Of a DNA stretch of 64,000 nt, positions 1 through 14,917 are shown one piece after another (within the stretch, counting starts at the first letter, position 1; each line of letters opens with the position of its first letter). The translations under genes and the position numbers were made by a program. The notes under the pieces were generated by a model. That model was not told where the DNA came from and did not search any database. It saw only the letters and a list, made by a program, of their open reading frames with translations. Source of the DNA: Chrysomallon squamiferum (Eukaryota > Animalia > Mollusca); NCBI GenBank assembly GCA_012295275.1, contig CM022679.1:19964001-20028000 (forward strand), written 5' to 3'.

Positions 1-644
1 AACAACAGTTATAAAGAAAAGAAGAAACAGTTCACTAACAGGAATAATAATTAATAGAAGAAAAAACTTCCAAATATATTTTCTTTTGTGTGAATTTTTT
101 TTTACAGAATTATATTTTTGTATTATGTATGTAAAAAAAAGCAAAAAATAAGAAAATGGTATTATTTTTTTTTTTTAAATGGCTTGTGGTACTGGTAAAT
201 AAATTTTAGAAAACAAAATTTATATATAAATATGTACATGTGTGTGTTTGTATGCATGTGTGTGTATGTGTGATGGTCTGTGTGTGTGTATATATATACA
301 GATTTAAATGCATGTACACCTATACACACACACAAGTTATAAATATACACAGAAACACTACTACACCCACACATATGCACACATATATACATAAATCCAT
401 TCTTGTTACCAATTAAAAATACATATTTATATAAATGGTATGTTTCAGTATATTATCTACATATTGAATGTGTGTAGTACATTGGATCAACGTGATAATT
501 TTATACTGAGATCAAACACGGCTGCAGATATTTAATCATAACAGCAATCAATCACAGTGGTTGTTTCATCTTCATTTAACTGATTTTTCTGTTCAGCTGT
601 CATGACAAAAGTAAATCAAGGAAATAAAAAGCCTGGTTACATTT

Positions 645-1195
645 AAATATGGTTCATTACATTTTGCTAGTATTTTATTTTTTTTCTAAATTAATGAATG
701 GTCATTAGGTTTCTAATAAAAAAAAATATGGTGTTTTTTTGTTGTAAGTTTGTTGGTTTTTTCTTATGGTTCATTATATTTTATTAGTATTTATTTATTT
801 TTTTTTTTTTTTTACTGGGTTTCTAATAAACATTATCGTGATTTTTAGTTGTAAATTTGTTATTTTTTAAATATGGTTCATTGCATTTTGTCAATAGTTT
901 TTTTCAGAATTAAAGAATAATCATTTTATTTCTAATATATGTTACTGCTATGGTTTTACTTGTTTGGTTGTGGTTTTTTTTTTTTTTTTTTTTTTTCTTA
1001 TGGTTAATTACAGTTTTCTAATTTTTCCATTTTTTCTAAATTATTAATAGTCATTTAATTTCTAATATAAATTACAGGTTTTGTAATTGTCTTTTCTTAT
1101 GGTCCATTACATTAAGCTAGTATTTTTTTCTAATTAATGAATGGGCTTCTATTACAAATTAAGGGTTTTTGAATTGTCAGTTTGGTTTTTGTTAA
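645..1195. repeat. Degenerate ~100-125 bp tandem repeat, about 5 copies
   Basis: The anchor TATGGT(T/C)(C/A)ATT recurs near 648, 765, 872, 999 and 1098, each followed by similar TTTCTAAT and TTGT-rich segments. Confidence 0.7.
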
Positions 1196-2477
1196 ATGAT
1201 ACATGAATAAGAACACCCACTACCATCACAACTAGAACACATCTATATCAAAAATAATGCTTACTTGTTCAAAGGAAAGTGCCATTAAAGATATTTAACC
1301 ACTGAAGTTAATTCATTTCTAACAACTACATAAAGACTCAAATTTGTTATTAAAGAAATCAGTCTGCTTGCAATTGCACTGGGAAATAATATTTAATCAT
1401 GTTTATGACTGATCAGCATGAAGTAAAAATATAGAAAAAAAATTGTGAAGGATTTTCTGTTAGAATGGAGAAATGAAAAAGAAAATTAATTTTGTGTATA
1501 AATAAGAAGGTGAAAAGACTGAATTTTGGATAAGCTGTTAATTAAAACATTAATCACTGTTCTGCTATCTAGAAATTAATTACATTTGCATTTTTGCTTG
1601 ATGAGTTATTGATCTAGTAGCGATGTCAGTTCAGTGTCAGAGCTGCATTTCTTCATCTTTCTTTGATTCATACATGTTTTTGATGTTCAAAATAGTTTCA
1701 AACTGCACTTAGAAAAATAAGAATTTTGAGGGTTTCGTTTGCTCTTAAAGAAAAAACTATTTTTAGTTACAGGAAAAAGTGTTTTTATAAAGTGTAAATA
1801 AAATAAAAAATAAAAAAAAATAATAATCATTGAAATTTAAATAAATAAATACCAAAGATTTTAAAATAAAAAAAGAAAAAGAAAGAAAGAAAACAGAACT
1901 TTTTTTTTTGTTTTTGTAAATTCTTAAATTTTTGGACAGATTTTAATAAACAGTTATTTATTGAATTTTCAGTTGTTTTGTAATGTGTTAAAATTTTAAT
2001 GCAGAAAATTAATAATTAAAAAATCCTTTAACAAACAAATAAAGAAAAGGATCAAGAAAAATGTATATTAGATGAAATTTATAATGTGAAGCTCACTGTA
2101 CAAAATCTTCATATTTTAAATTTAACAGTTATTTATAATTCAGTTTTATAACATTTATTAAAACAGAGTCAGAAAGCTGTTTAACCCAGTAAAAGAGAAA
2201 CAAGAAGAATTTCACTCTGTTAGAAGGATTCTTCAAGATGATTGCTTCTAAGAATCTCATCTGGTTTGTCTGGTTACGATTGACAACACTGATAAATCCT
2301 AGCCTTGACCAAATTTTCAGTCTTAATTTTTGCTGGTGCTCTCACTTCGTTCAGTTTTAGGATTCCCTGTGTTTCCTCTTAACATTGATTACCAGCTCCA
2401 TTCCCTCACACCACAAATCATCATCAGATCTTTTCAACTTAATGACTTTTCATAATGACATGAATTCACATTTTTTA

Positions 2478-2780
2478 AAGACTTGTTTTTCAGGTTAACA
2501 AGATTTAAGGGATATTTCTCAGTGTTTTTTGTTTCTTTTCAAATTGCATTTTCAATAAAAGTAAATACCAGACTAATACAAAATTGATTTTTATTTTTAT
2601 TATGTATTAATGTCCTGACTTCTCGTTATTTAAGACCTGTTTTTCAGGGTAACATGATTTAAAGATTTTGTTAGTGTGTGTTTTTCAACTTTCTTTTGGG
2701 TTTCTTCTGAAATAGCATTTTCAACAAAAGTAAATAACACATTAACTTAAAACTGACTTTTTATTTAGTATGCATCAATG
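2478..2780. repeat. Imperfect tandem duplication, 2 x ~140-150 bp
   Basis: AAGAC(T/C)TGTTTTTCAGG(T/G)TAACA...GCATTTTCAA(T/C)AAAAGTAAATA occurs at ~2478 and ~2632. Confidence 0.75.
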
Positions 2781-4094
2781 TAATTAAGGTATGTAACATT
2801 TTTGCTTTTTTAATTTAAGACAAATATATATAAAAAAAGAAAAGAAAAGAAAAAAAAAAAATAATAATAATTCTTTTTCACTATGTGTTTAATGTCTGTT
2901 TTTTTGTTTTTTTAGGAATTGGAGAAATTGTAAACTATTTTCTTCTTTGATAGTATGTTAGTGAATACTGTCCCAAGTTATTAACAAAAAAAAAATAATA
3001 ATAATAAAAATAAAAATAATAATAATACTACAATACAATAAAAAAAATAATAATTATATGCTCAAAAAAAAATAATTAAAGAAAACAAAATAAAACAAAA
3101 CAAAACGTTTTTATACTCCTGAATAAAAACATTTTTTAAAAATTAAAAATAAAATAAAATAACACACATACAAGTATGTTAATTAATCATAAAATACTAA
3201 AATAATCTATAAAATGAACTGAAATAATAAAATAAAAAGATTTTTTTTTTTATTAAGAACTGAATAAAAGAAATAGAAATTTGTAAAATAATAAAAATAA
3301 AAGAGAAAATGTATCTGGATCAAACTCGGGATTTGCTTTTATTAAAATAAAAAGCAAAAACAGAACAATTCATAATTATATAAACTATTTACTTAAATTA
3401 AAAAACAACAATTACAACACACTTCAGTAAACAGTTAAAACATCTGTTGTAAAGGCAACCTGCGTGGACAAAATTTAAAGTTTAAAAATAAGAACAACAA
3501 ATGTGTCATTTTCACGTATGAACCACAGGGGAGATAATTCAGATCACTTCATGCTCATAACTCATACCTGATCAAGCAGGGTTTGTTTATTGCTTTTTTT
3601 TAGTTAAATTGTTTGCTTGGTTTTTGTTTTTTTAAATTTCAGAAGCTAACCACAATAAGGACAAAACAACAATCAATAACTTTCAGTAAATAATTTATTT
3701 TATTATATGGTATGCAATGTGAGATAATCACATACATTTGTTAACTGTCTTCAGTTGATTAATTCACTCCTGTTCAACTGTCATTGTAAATGTTCTGATC
3801 TCTCAGTTTATCACTGTATTATTATCAGTTTATTCAAATGTAAATCAATAGCTGTTTACCGCTGACTAGAAAACTTTGAATTACTAATTCTTCAGTTTTA
3901 AGTTCACAGCTATTCAACTCACACTTTACAGTTACGAAACAATCCATTCATAACTATTTAGTTATCAGTTTATAACTTCTGTTTCACACCTATCCTGTAT
4001 TTTGAAAAACTCATGGCCATATAAATTCCACACTGTCCTTTTCCTTCCTTGTTTACATTGGTAATTACGATTTATTTATCTCAGTATGTGTAAC

Positions 4095-7000
4095 TTAAGA
4101 CACAGAAACAAGAGATGTTGTAAACTGGTTCAGTGTTCCACTTTCATCAACAGGCAGAATATTCTGAGAAGTGAGTTTTTCTAGAATCCTTATTATCTGT
4201 AACATTGAAATAATGAATAAACATTTTTTAAAGTAATTATCATCCGAATTAATTAAAACTGAAATTATTTTCTGAAGTAATGGATTTATATTATCAATAT
4301 CTTAATAAAACTTTGAATTATTACTACAAGTGATGTAGAATTTTTTTTTATTATCTTTAATAACTAAATTTTAAAAATTGCTATAATATGTTAATTATTT
4401 ATAATTATGGCACTGAAATTTTAAATGATTATTATCTGTAAATAATTATTATATACAATAACAAAATTTGTAATAATTTGTAATAAATTCTATCATGTAG
4501 AATACATGTGAGAACCATAAAACATGATTCTAATTTTCATTTATTTTTGCTTCTTCTTTTTTTTTTTTTTTTTTAAATAAATTTCCTTGTGTTCTTTTAA
4601 CACCTATATTATGAATTGCTAGTTACCTTTCTGGACTTAGCTCTGCATGGACCTTCCCACTTCGTGTATATATTGACTAGAGATTGTTTACAAACTGATG
4701 CCAGAAAATCAAATCCAACCAAATCACAACGTAGAAAGTTTTCTAAGAGTAACAAACTCTTCTGTAAGAAAATTCAATAATACTGAAACATCACAACGTA
4801 AAATTTTCTATGAATGATGAATTTTATGAAAAAAATTAATATAATTTAAAATTAAATAGAATGTAACAAGTAAAGCAAATATTTTTTTAAATATATATAT
4901 CTGACTATCTGTACTAACACATATTGTTCAAACTACCTCAAAATTTTAGTATACACCAATATACATGGAGCATTAATATATTTATAAATATAACAATGAA
5001 CATTTCAAAATATAACACCAATAACATTCTTAAAAATTAAAGAACAATAATATATTTAGAAATATAAAAATATTAGTATATTTAGAATTACAAAAAGGAT
5101 AGTATATTTACAAATATAAAAATAGCATATCAAAACAACAATAGTATACATAGAAATAAAAAAAGAATGGTTTATTTGGAAATATATGAACAAAAGTATA
5201 TTTATAAATATTAAAAACAATAGTATATTAATTAATATAAAAACAATAGTATGTTTATAAATAAATGAATAATAGTATATTAAGAAATATAACACCAATA
5301 GTAAATTTAGAAACATAAGAACAATATGTTTATAAATAAATGAATAATAGTATATTAAGAAATATAACACCAATAGTAAATTTAGAAACATAAGAACAAT
5401 CTTATTTAGAAATGTAAGAACAATATACAATTATAAATATCCTTACAAAAATAGTTAATTCCTGATTAGAAGAAAGTTTTTCATTGAGAAATTCTACAAC
5501 TTTGTCACAGTTGAGTAAACTACATTGACTTTGAAATGTCGCAATCTCTGCTCTGGTTAGAAGTTGTTTTGAGGTATCATCAATAGCTGAGTTAACTAAT
5601 TCTTCTTCTGACTTCCATTCACCTGTTTGCATGTTTGTGCTCTCCAGCCTGTTAATAAATCATTAAGAAACTCATGCAATATTTTGTGTCATTTTCATTT
5701 TAAAACAGTAATAATATCAAATTCTGCTGGTCATGCTATCTCTCAGATGCATGCTATATACTCTTAAAATAAAAATTGCATAACAACAACATAATAAAAT
5801 GTGTTTATCTACATGTGTTTGGTAGGTTGTGTGTGTGTGTGCGTGCATGTGCATTCAATTTTAATTTCTACATATGTATGTATATATGTATGCATGCATG
5901 TATGTATGTGTGTATAACATGACTAATTTTAGTTTATCCTCATTAACCTTTCAGCTGACTCAGAACTACAAGAATTCTGGCTAGTAGCCAGATCCTGATT
6001 TGAAGATGAATCATCAACTGACTCCACATCATCCCAGCCTCCACCAGCACGACCAGGAACATGTTTTCTGGTTTCTGACAAATATATTAGAACAAAAGTT
6101 TGACAACATGAAAAGAGGATATTATAATTATTTTTAAACATGATTTAATAATATAAAATACAAATCTCACTTTATTGACAAAGCATCAAAACATTACAGG
6201 TGATCTCAAGTGTGAATTCTCATATCTAAGGAAAAATTATGCCACTTATCTAAGAAAATATAAAAAATGATAACAAATATTTTCTGTATTACAAAGAAAA
6301 TATATAAAAAACCTAATATGAATAATATGAATAATAACAAACCTTTTCTAACTGGTATTTGTACATCATCTGTCATGACAGGATCTGGATGTAAAATAAC
6401 TGGAGGACAGTACTGGCTATGCTGTTTGTCTAGAGCATCTAACACAACTTTCTGTCTGTCTGATGGACTTTCTGTAAGTCTGTCTGTGAATTTTCCAATA
6501 CTCTCTATTATAGAATCTGTCAGGGATTCTGGAAATATGCAGTTAGTAATGTATTGATCATGGCTGTTCACTCTCTGTTATTGTTTTGAAAATAAATACT
6601 TTTATCAACATATTATATTCACTGAAGGAAGACTTATGGGTTTTTGTCAATCGTTGAATCTGAGATCAATAAGTTTTACAGACAAACTCTAAAGATTACA
6701 AAATTGGACTAATAAGTGTTCTTAATGTATAAATTAGTTTTGACACCACTTCCTTTTCAAAGTAATGTTAAAACTGTCATAAAAAGTTTAGTCAATCAGT
6801 ACTTACTTTGGCTACTGGAAGGACAGTTTCCAAATCCTTCTATTTTTCCAGCACTGCTCTTCACAGTCAATGGACCCATACCAGCTGCAAAAAACATACA
6901 CAATTTACAAATATATAACAATTTGCAATTCAAAACATAGAAACCCAATATCTGTGCTCTTTCACAACTAGATATAAAAATCTAAGTTGCATTTTAGTTA

Positions 7001-10000
7001 TAAATAAATTTGTTCTATGTTTGGCCTTTTCTGTGTCTTTTGGGGACTATTTTCTGTTCTAGCCATTAAACCCCAATTTGCTAAGATATTGTTAAGTATT
7101 ATGGTATGGAAAAGACAGAGGATAGATTAATCATTATCAGAATGCCATAATGCCATAACTTCAAATGATAACACTTCTTCTAGAGGAATTTGTTTTACCT
7201 ATACTGTATGTGTTACTGTTCCTGTCAGTTTCTCCTACAGACTCTTCGGAAGATGTTCCTTCGACACTAAAGAGCTTCTCACATATTTGCTAAAATATTT
7301 TTTTTAAATATATTGTTAATTAATCATGTCACAAACTTTTTTTTTTTAATGAATGCAATTTCATTTTTCAGAACATATTTTATTTTATTGAAATAAATTT
7401 ATAATTAAGCCCTCTACTTTCACATTTTAAATTAGTCCACCACTGTGTATATGTGGCTTTATTTAAAAGTAATAAGTGCTACTAATATTTATACACTGCT
7501 GAAAACATAAATATTTAATTAAATTTAATGAATTTTTTGAAAAATCATCAAATTAAAATTATGTCAGCAGAAAATCACAGACAATTAAATTAATTCTGCA
7601 CCAACCTGAGCTTCTTTTCTAACCATCAAATAAGGAACATTTCCATGTAATGGATCAGGTGGTCCTCCGAATTCTTTTAACAGAAATAATTCAAAACATT
7701 TCATGTTACATATTTTATGCTGACTAATGGAATACAAAACAGTAAAATATTTAGGTTTCTATTAATAATACAAATTTTAATTTTCTAATTATATAAAATT
7801 ATTGGAAATGTTTTCTTTGAATATATAATACTTTTAATGAAAGGAAAAAATTTGAAAATAGAAAAATAAATTTACAAAGACTAATGTAAAAAATCTGAAA
7901 TTTCAACATTTTTTATTTTATTTTTTAAGAACAATAATTTTACAATTTAGATATTAATTATTTATATTTTCATTCTTTTTATATAACCTCAGCATAATAT
8001 AAGAAAAAGCTAAATGTTTGAAGTTAAAATGTTTATTTTATTTTACAATGTGACTTGAAAATATTATTAATTTATTAAATTTGAAATATAAAGATGTCAA
8101 ATTAAACATTTTATTTATAATATATACATACTTGTGGCAGCATGAATGCCATGTGACATTTTACGCAACCCATTCCTAAAGTTGGTATGTCCATTTTCAA
8201 TTACATATTTCATGAGTTTAAGAACCTGTTTGAAAACAAGCAATAAATAAATATATTTATAAAAACATGACAAAAAAATAAATAAAAATTAAAAAGGAAT
8301 TTTTTTTTTAAATTTCCTATATCTGAATTAATTTTAAGATTTTAACTCATTAAATACAGAGAAAGGTTAAAAAAAGAAAAACTAAGAGTACAGTGTAAAT
8401 TATATATTAATTTTTATTATAGGCAATTGCTCTTTTTCGTATAAAACATTCGTAACTGCACATAATTGTTTCGTTCATTTATGTATCTAGTCTAAATTAT
8501 TTTAAGTACATCTTGGACACTGAAAACAATTGTTTTGAACATAATTCCTGAAAAGAATTTGTTGATTATGACTTATTTTCAAAGTTAAGTTCTGATATGA
8601 CATTAGGTCGAAGCTTATTTAATATATTTTTAAATAATATAGAAATCAAATAAAAATGATACCTTAAATTTGACATGGTATGATTTTTTATCCAGACGTT
8701 CAACAAGAAATTCAAGAAGACTCTCACAGTAACCAGGTGACTCATAGCTAATGTCTGAAAACAAAACAAAAATAAACATTTATTATAAAATGTAAACAAA
8801 TATTACACAAAAAATGTAAACAAAGATCTAAAATCACTGATTTGTTTAATAAATGAAATACAAACTAACGTCAAATACAGAAATTTAAAATAATAAGAAA
8901 CAGTTCTAAATTAAAATGATTATATTATAACATTTGTAATTATATGGTTTTAAGAATTAAAAAAGCAACTTTTATTTAACAAATTGTTATTTAATTTCAA
9001 ATATCTCTGATATTATAAACTCAGAGTTTGGTGATTTGAATATAATTAGTGATGAAAACAATAATAATTTAAAAATAAAAAATGCATATTTATTTTTTTA
9101 AATTCATTTTTATTTATATAGATGTATTTATATAATTAACAAATTTACTATTAAATAAGAAGAATTACTATTTTCATCAGATCATAAAATGCTTCAAAAA
9201 TATTTATTTCCTGTTTGAACTGGATGTTATATAAATTAGTTATATTGTTATGTAAAACACTTACCATTGATTTGTTTGTACATATATCCAGGCACTGGGG
9301 AATCGTCATCTGAAGTAGCTTTCAGTAAAATACTAATCTAGAAATCAAAACAGTTAACAAATTAAACTGTCATTTACACATGATAAAATATTAGGCAACA
9401 TAAAAACTACATAGTAAAAAAAGATTTTTTTTTTGTGTTTTTTTTTCACAAATTCCCTTGATACACTATTATATTATATATTATATAAAAAAAATTGTTT
9501 CAACAAAAAAAAAAAAACAACAACAACAAACAAAGTATAAAACTGTCAGAAAAACATTTTCCAGCTTATTAAAGTGACAATCACTGATGAACTTCATCTT
9601 GAAGACAGTATTGCTATCAATGGAATTCTTAATTTTCAGTAAAACTTTGAGCTAAACTGTTTGTTGATTGTGGCAAAATGGAAATATTAGTAATCATATT
9701 AACATTATTTTTTAAAATAATATCCTAATCTTATTTCATTTAAATTTTATATGCAATCTAATATCGATCCAATGGTGAAGGATCCAATCAAGTCAACAAA
9801 ACAAAATACTAATATATATATTATATATATATAATAAAATAAACAAAGCATATCAAAGAATCATTTTAATTATTTGCATCTTGAATGATTATATTTATAG
9901 GAAATGGGAGCATAATTATTATTATACATCTATTATACATCTATTAAATGAATGAAGTCAAATATTTTTCATTTCAAATTTTAAAATGTAGTGTTAGATA

Positions 10001-10211
10001 TTTCAGCTCTATGTTGTCATGCCACAGTAATCTTTTAAGTTTTATAAAATACATAAATAGCACTTGTGAAACTGTATTAGTCAACCAACAATTATAATTT
10101 AACTATAGCGTATACGAGTAAATTTTATTATATAATAAAAAATAAACCACCCACCTTGTTCACAAATGTTATTCTTTGCGACATAAGATCTATAGTCTGG
10201 GATTCACTCAT
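4095..10211 (-). CDS. TEPSIN: AP-4 complex accessory subunit tepsin (ENTH + VHS-like), 12 exons, 434 aa
   Basis: Exons in transcript order: 10155-10211, 9265-9337, 8663-8754, 8132-8225, 7606-7673, 7199-7289, 6807-6884, 6343-6528, 5948-6074, 5447-5648, 4627-4761, 4095-4196. All introns are GT-AG with matching phases (1305 nt). The translation MSESQTIDLMSQRITFVNKISILLKATSDDDSPVPGYMYKQINDISYESPGYCESLLEFLVERL...KFKVLKLMKY...FGGPPDPLHGN...GFGN...HVPGRAGGGWDD matches tepsin hallmarks as I recall them (KGTSDDDxPxPGY, GPPDPLHGN, PGxAGGGW). A TACTAAC branch point precedes the exon-8 acceptor. Confidence 0.93.
5249..5400. repeat. Intronic tandem repeat (2 near-exact ~72 bp copies inside a degenerate AT-rich array) in tepsin intron 10
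   Basis: ATAAATAAATGAATAATAGTATATTAAGAAATATAACACCAATAGTAAATTTAGAAACATAAGAACAAT is repeated. It explains the spurious ORF 5056-5430. Confidence 0.8.
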
Positions 10212-11431
10212 TTAAAACATAGAACACCTTGTACAACCCTTTGCGTTTCGACTGTATACACCATACACAATGTACGGATTGGTCAATTTTGGTCAGACTG
10301 GTTTTGTCTAGATGCACTTCCTTTTAAATTTACATCCGATGTAAACATTAGGATGCATGTTTTATTAAAAGTTGGATCGGAATCGTAACTAAAACGAAAC
10401 AACATTTATAGATTAAATATTTCAAAGTTATCTAATAATAATGATAATAATAAACTATTTTTTGAGGTGATGTGTGATATTGATAACAATAAATTACTGC
10501 AGATATATTATGAAATGCTTTTATTTAATTTTAAACAAAGCACTGTTGCAGTAAAACTTAGATTCTATTTTATGATAAATTAAAACTGAATATTCTTCTC
10601 AGATATATTTATTATCTGAAATTGTTTTTTGTTGTTTATAATATATATATGTGTGTGTGTGTGTATTTACTGTTTACAAAATGGTCACAGAAAATAATTG
10701 TTGAATAACAGCTAAAGCAAATTCTAATAGAAAATGTGGCATGTTTCTTATATTTGTTATGTTAAACAAAACGACACTAAATAAACAAGTTTACTAAAAA
10801 CAAATTTAAAAAAAAATTAAATAATTAAAATAATAATAATAAATAAGTAATACTAATAATAATAAATAAACAAAAATTAAAGTAAAAAATATAATATTTT
10901 AAATAATTAAAATGATAAAATAATAATAATAATCAGATTAAAAATCTTTTTATTCCCAAAATTCAGCTTTAGCATTTGTTTTTTACCAGTAATGTGTGTT
11001 CTTCTGAAGAATGTTATTTATTTTTTAAATTTATCTTATATTTATTTTTTATTTTTAATATACGTTATCTAAATACCACCATAATTATAATAAAAATAAT
11101 AAAAACTGTATTTTACATGAATTAATTATAATATTAATTAAAGTCACGTTTTATTTTCTAACCGAACATTTGATAAATAAAAGCTTTCAACAGTTTCATA
11201 TTCTGTAAAAATCATAAAAATTAACGCAACAGCAGTTTAGGAAAACAATTACAGAAGTAACAAGTTTTAAAATCAGCCGTGATCATTTTTATCATTGGCT
11301 TTCAGTTTGACAAAACTTCCGCTCAAAAATGCATTTATTGTTTCCGGGTTACGAGGTTACTTCGATTGGTGACAAGGGTATAATGTACTTGCATTGAAGA
11401 AAATGAATGAAGTATTAAAAATAAATTAACA
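10212..11431. promoter_or_regulatory. Head-to-head (bidirectional) promoter region between tepsin and the TMEM72-like gene
   Basis: The divergent start codons are 1.2 kb apart. Two CpG-enriched patches lie at ~10230-10400 and ~11270-11400. Inverted CCAAT boxes (ATTGG) occur near 10278, 11294 and 11366, and ETS-like CTTCCG/TTCCGG sites near 11316 and 11342. Confidence 0.6.
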
Positions 11432-13134
11432 ATGCCAGTGGGACTTAAAACTGACGACTGTTGCTGTGAAGTCTATCTGTGGACGTGCAGAGTATCCGGT
11501 TTTTTAGCGGTACTAGGTGAGTGCTTTTTGTTCACCTCGTGGTATGAGTATGAGGTACCATTGAATGCCTTTGGGAAGACATCCCCTTTGTCAACAAGTT
11601 GAATATCATTATTAAAATTGTTTTTCGAATTTCGTTTATAATTAAATTATATGGGATGTTACTTGAATGAAAATGTCTTAAAATATTGTTAAATATTTTG
11701 TACAGAATAATGTAATAAACTTAGGAAGACAACAGAACCGAAATGAATAATATAAACATTAGTTGTTGAAGATCACGCCACGCTTTGGCATCTTGCCATA
11801 ATTCAGTTACCTAGGCTGTCCATAATTAGAGCTGTAATTGTATATCTGCATCAAATAGTTATCAGTGTTATATAATTATAATAAAATTATAAATTAGACT
11901 GTATATACATAATTATTTAACTCTTGATATCTGTTGTTTCTGTTAATAGTTTGTGTGAACAGTTAATCGACAGTGCACGTGCTTAACATTTAACAGTTTT
12001 AATTGCCAGAAGAATATATTCAAAAATAAGAATTAAAAATGTAAATAAATTATTATAACTGGAGTAAATAAAAAACAATAATGAAAAAAATAGGAAACAA
12101 ATAATAAATATTGATAAAACAGGCATCTTATGTTACAAAATGAAATAAAATCGGCAGTAATTTTTTGTCATCATAACCATCACTAATATTTATTTCTCTA
12201 TAGTAATTTATTATAAATGCAACAAATTTTATCTCCACATATTTCTCAGACAGTTATTTATGTAGTATTACTCCACTGAGAAAACACACACATACAAACA
12301 AACAAACAACAACAAAAAATAAAAAACATCTTGTTATCTCAGATTTATTTTAAATACATTTCTGCCTGGAACACATTCAGTGAACTGTGTGCATCTTACA
12401 ACAATATAAATAACTTTACTAACATCACCCTAGTCAGCTCTTGGTTGGAATAAATTCTGAAAAAAATCATTTACAAAAATCTTTTCTTTTTTAAGAAAAC
12501 AAGCTTTAAGACAACAACAAAAAATTCAACCCAGGCACTGCTTTGTGCTATGTATCTGTATTGTTCTGTAAATGTGATTTTTTCTTTTTTAATTTGTTTG
12601 GTCTTTCATTAATTTTGCTGGAGGGTTGGGCTAATTAAAGGTGAAGAATATTGATTTGATATTCACTGTTGAAATAATCTATGAATTGCCACCACAGATT
12701 CTTGAGGCTATAATTAAGTAACCACATATAGGTATTCTGTTGGAAATAGCTCTACTTGGTATTTTAAATGTTAAAAACTATGAAAAATAGGAATAATTTT
12801 GAAAAGATAGGCCTTTTAATGTGTTAAATAATATGACACAGATTTAGAAACATCCCTGCCACATACACACACATGCACATACAAATCTAAATATTAGTCA
12901 TTCTTTGTTCACATTAGAAATCTGTGTATGTGTGTTTTTTCTGTTGATAAATTTTTAAAAAAATTTCAGTCCTCAGTGGAGCTGGAGTGGAAGCAACCTA
13001 TTATGGACACATGCTTGGAATTTATTTACTGTAAGTATGTAAACAATTAAAGTGCTGAATTATAAACAAAATAAACAAAATTATTTTTGTATAAATTAAA
13101 ATAGCTTTCACAGGTACAAGTAACTGTTCTTTTA

Positions 13135-13170
<36 letters not shown>

Positions 13171-13643
13171 TTATTTTTTATTTTTATTTTTTTAAATTAT
13201 TTTTAAATAATAAAATGCAGATATAAAAAAAGTGTTTAATTTAAAACGAAAATAAACGTTGATGTATAGCCCAAATGGTCACTCAGATACATATTAGTAG
13301 TCTAGATGTTTACAATTTGAATGAACTGTTATGTGGGAGAAAAATATAATAATTATATATCTTATTTAATTTGTTAAAAACAAATAACATTTAGTCTAAT
13401 CATTGTAACTAGAACTTTTGAGGTAAACTCTTAAAGATTATTATTCTATCTATACTTTTCTCTCTATGGCTTTCACATTGTCTTTCTTATGATTGACTTT
13501 ACTGTTGCTTTCTGTCTTTAACTTTCTGTACCGCTTGCTTTGTTCTTTGTCATCCTTCTTTTCTGTAGTTCTTTTTCACATTCTCTGATTGATACCTAAT
13601 AGCAAATGTAATTTAATGCTGGAATATTGTTAAATGTTTATTC

Positions 13644-13727
<84 letters not shown>

Positions 13728-14883
13728 ACAATTATGTTATATATTTTAATATATTTTACTAATTTTCTCTTTTTCTGATTGCATTATGTACGTTACTAAT
13801 TTTTCTCTTTATTATTGCATTATATACATTACTAATATTTTCTCTATTATTGCATTATATACTTTACTAATATTTTCTCTATGATTTCATTATATACTTT
13901 ACTAATATTTTCTCTCTATTATTGCATTATATACTTTACTAATATTTTCTTTCTTTCTCTATTATTGCATTATATGCTTTAGTTATAATCTCTCACTCTC
14001 TCTCACCCTGTGATTGCATTATATATTTTACTGATGTTCTCTCTTTCTTTTTTCTCTCTCTCTCTGACAGTTAAAGAGCTGAATTATAAACAAAATATAC
14101 AAAATTATTTTTGTAAAGTAAAATTGTTTTTATATAAAGTAAAATAATTTTCACAGGCACAAGTAACTGTTCTTTTAATTATTATTATTATTATTATTTT
14201 TATTATTTATTTATTTATTTATTTATTTATTATAAATTACTAATATTTTGATTATTTCAGTGTTCTGGCATTTTTTATGGCTGCTCTTGAGGTAGTGTTT
14301 GCTGTTAAATCATTTATAGCACTTGGTGCTGGGTAAGCAGTTCTGAATATATTAGTAAAGTATCAAAACATTAAAAACAAATGCAATCCAGTTACTCATA
14401 TTAATTAATAATAATTATTTGTTAATTTTACAAATGAACAAATTCTTTTCATAGATATACAAATTCTACACATACTGATCCAGTGACATGCTTATAGAAT
14501 CAAATTTTACACATTCCAATATAATGATATATTGTAAACATGGATGTATAATTAAATATATACATCACAGTTGACTGCATATATGTCATATTTTAATAGA
14601 TAACACAATCTGAAAATGAAAATGGTTAATACTGATATTCATATTATATGTAAAATATGTGGTTTTTTTTTTTTTTGTTGTTGTTTATTTTGTTTTTTTT
14701 CATGATTTGGCATTCTCTTATTATTTTTATTGTACTGTAATATAAAATGAATTCTTTCTTCTCTTTTTTTTTGATATTATTTCAGGATGCTGTCATGACA
14801 TAATTAATATTGTGATTATAAAAGTATGATTATAATAATTAGTATTATTATAATTATTTTTATATATTATTATTTTATTTTAA

Positions 14884-14917
<34 letters not shown>

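Noticed and set aside
2358-2446. Minus-strand frame reading DDDLWCEGMELV, reminiscent of the tepsin AP-4-binding motif LFxGMELV, 1.7 kb past the tepsin stop
   Set aside because: There is an in-frame stop immediately upstream, no polypyrimidine acceptor, the motif spacing is off by one, and I see no usable donor in the last exon. Probably chance; only junction reads could revive it.
5056-5430. 124-aa hydrophobic ORF
   Set aside because: Translation of an AT-rich intronic tandem repeat.
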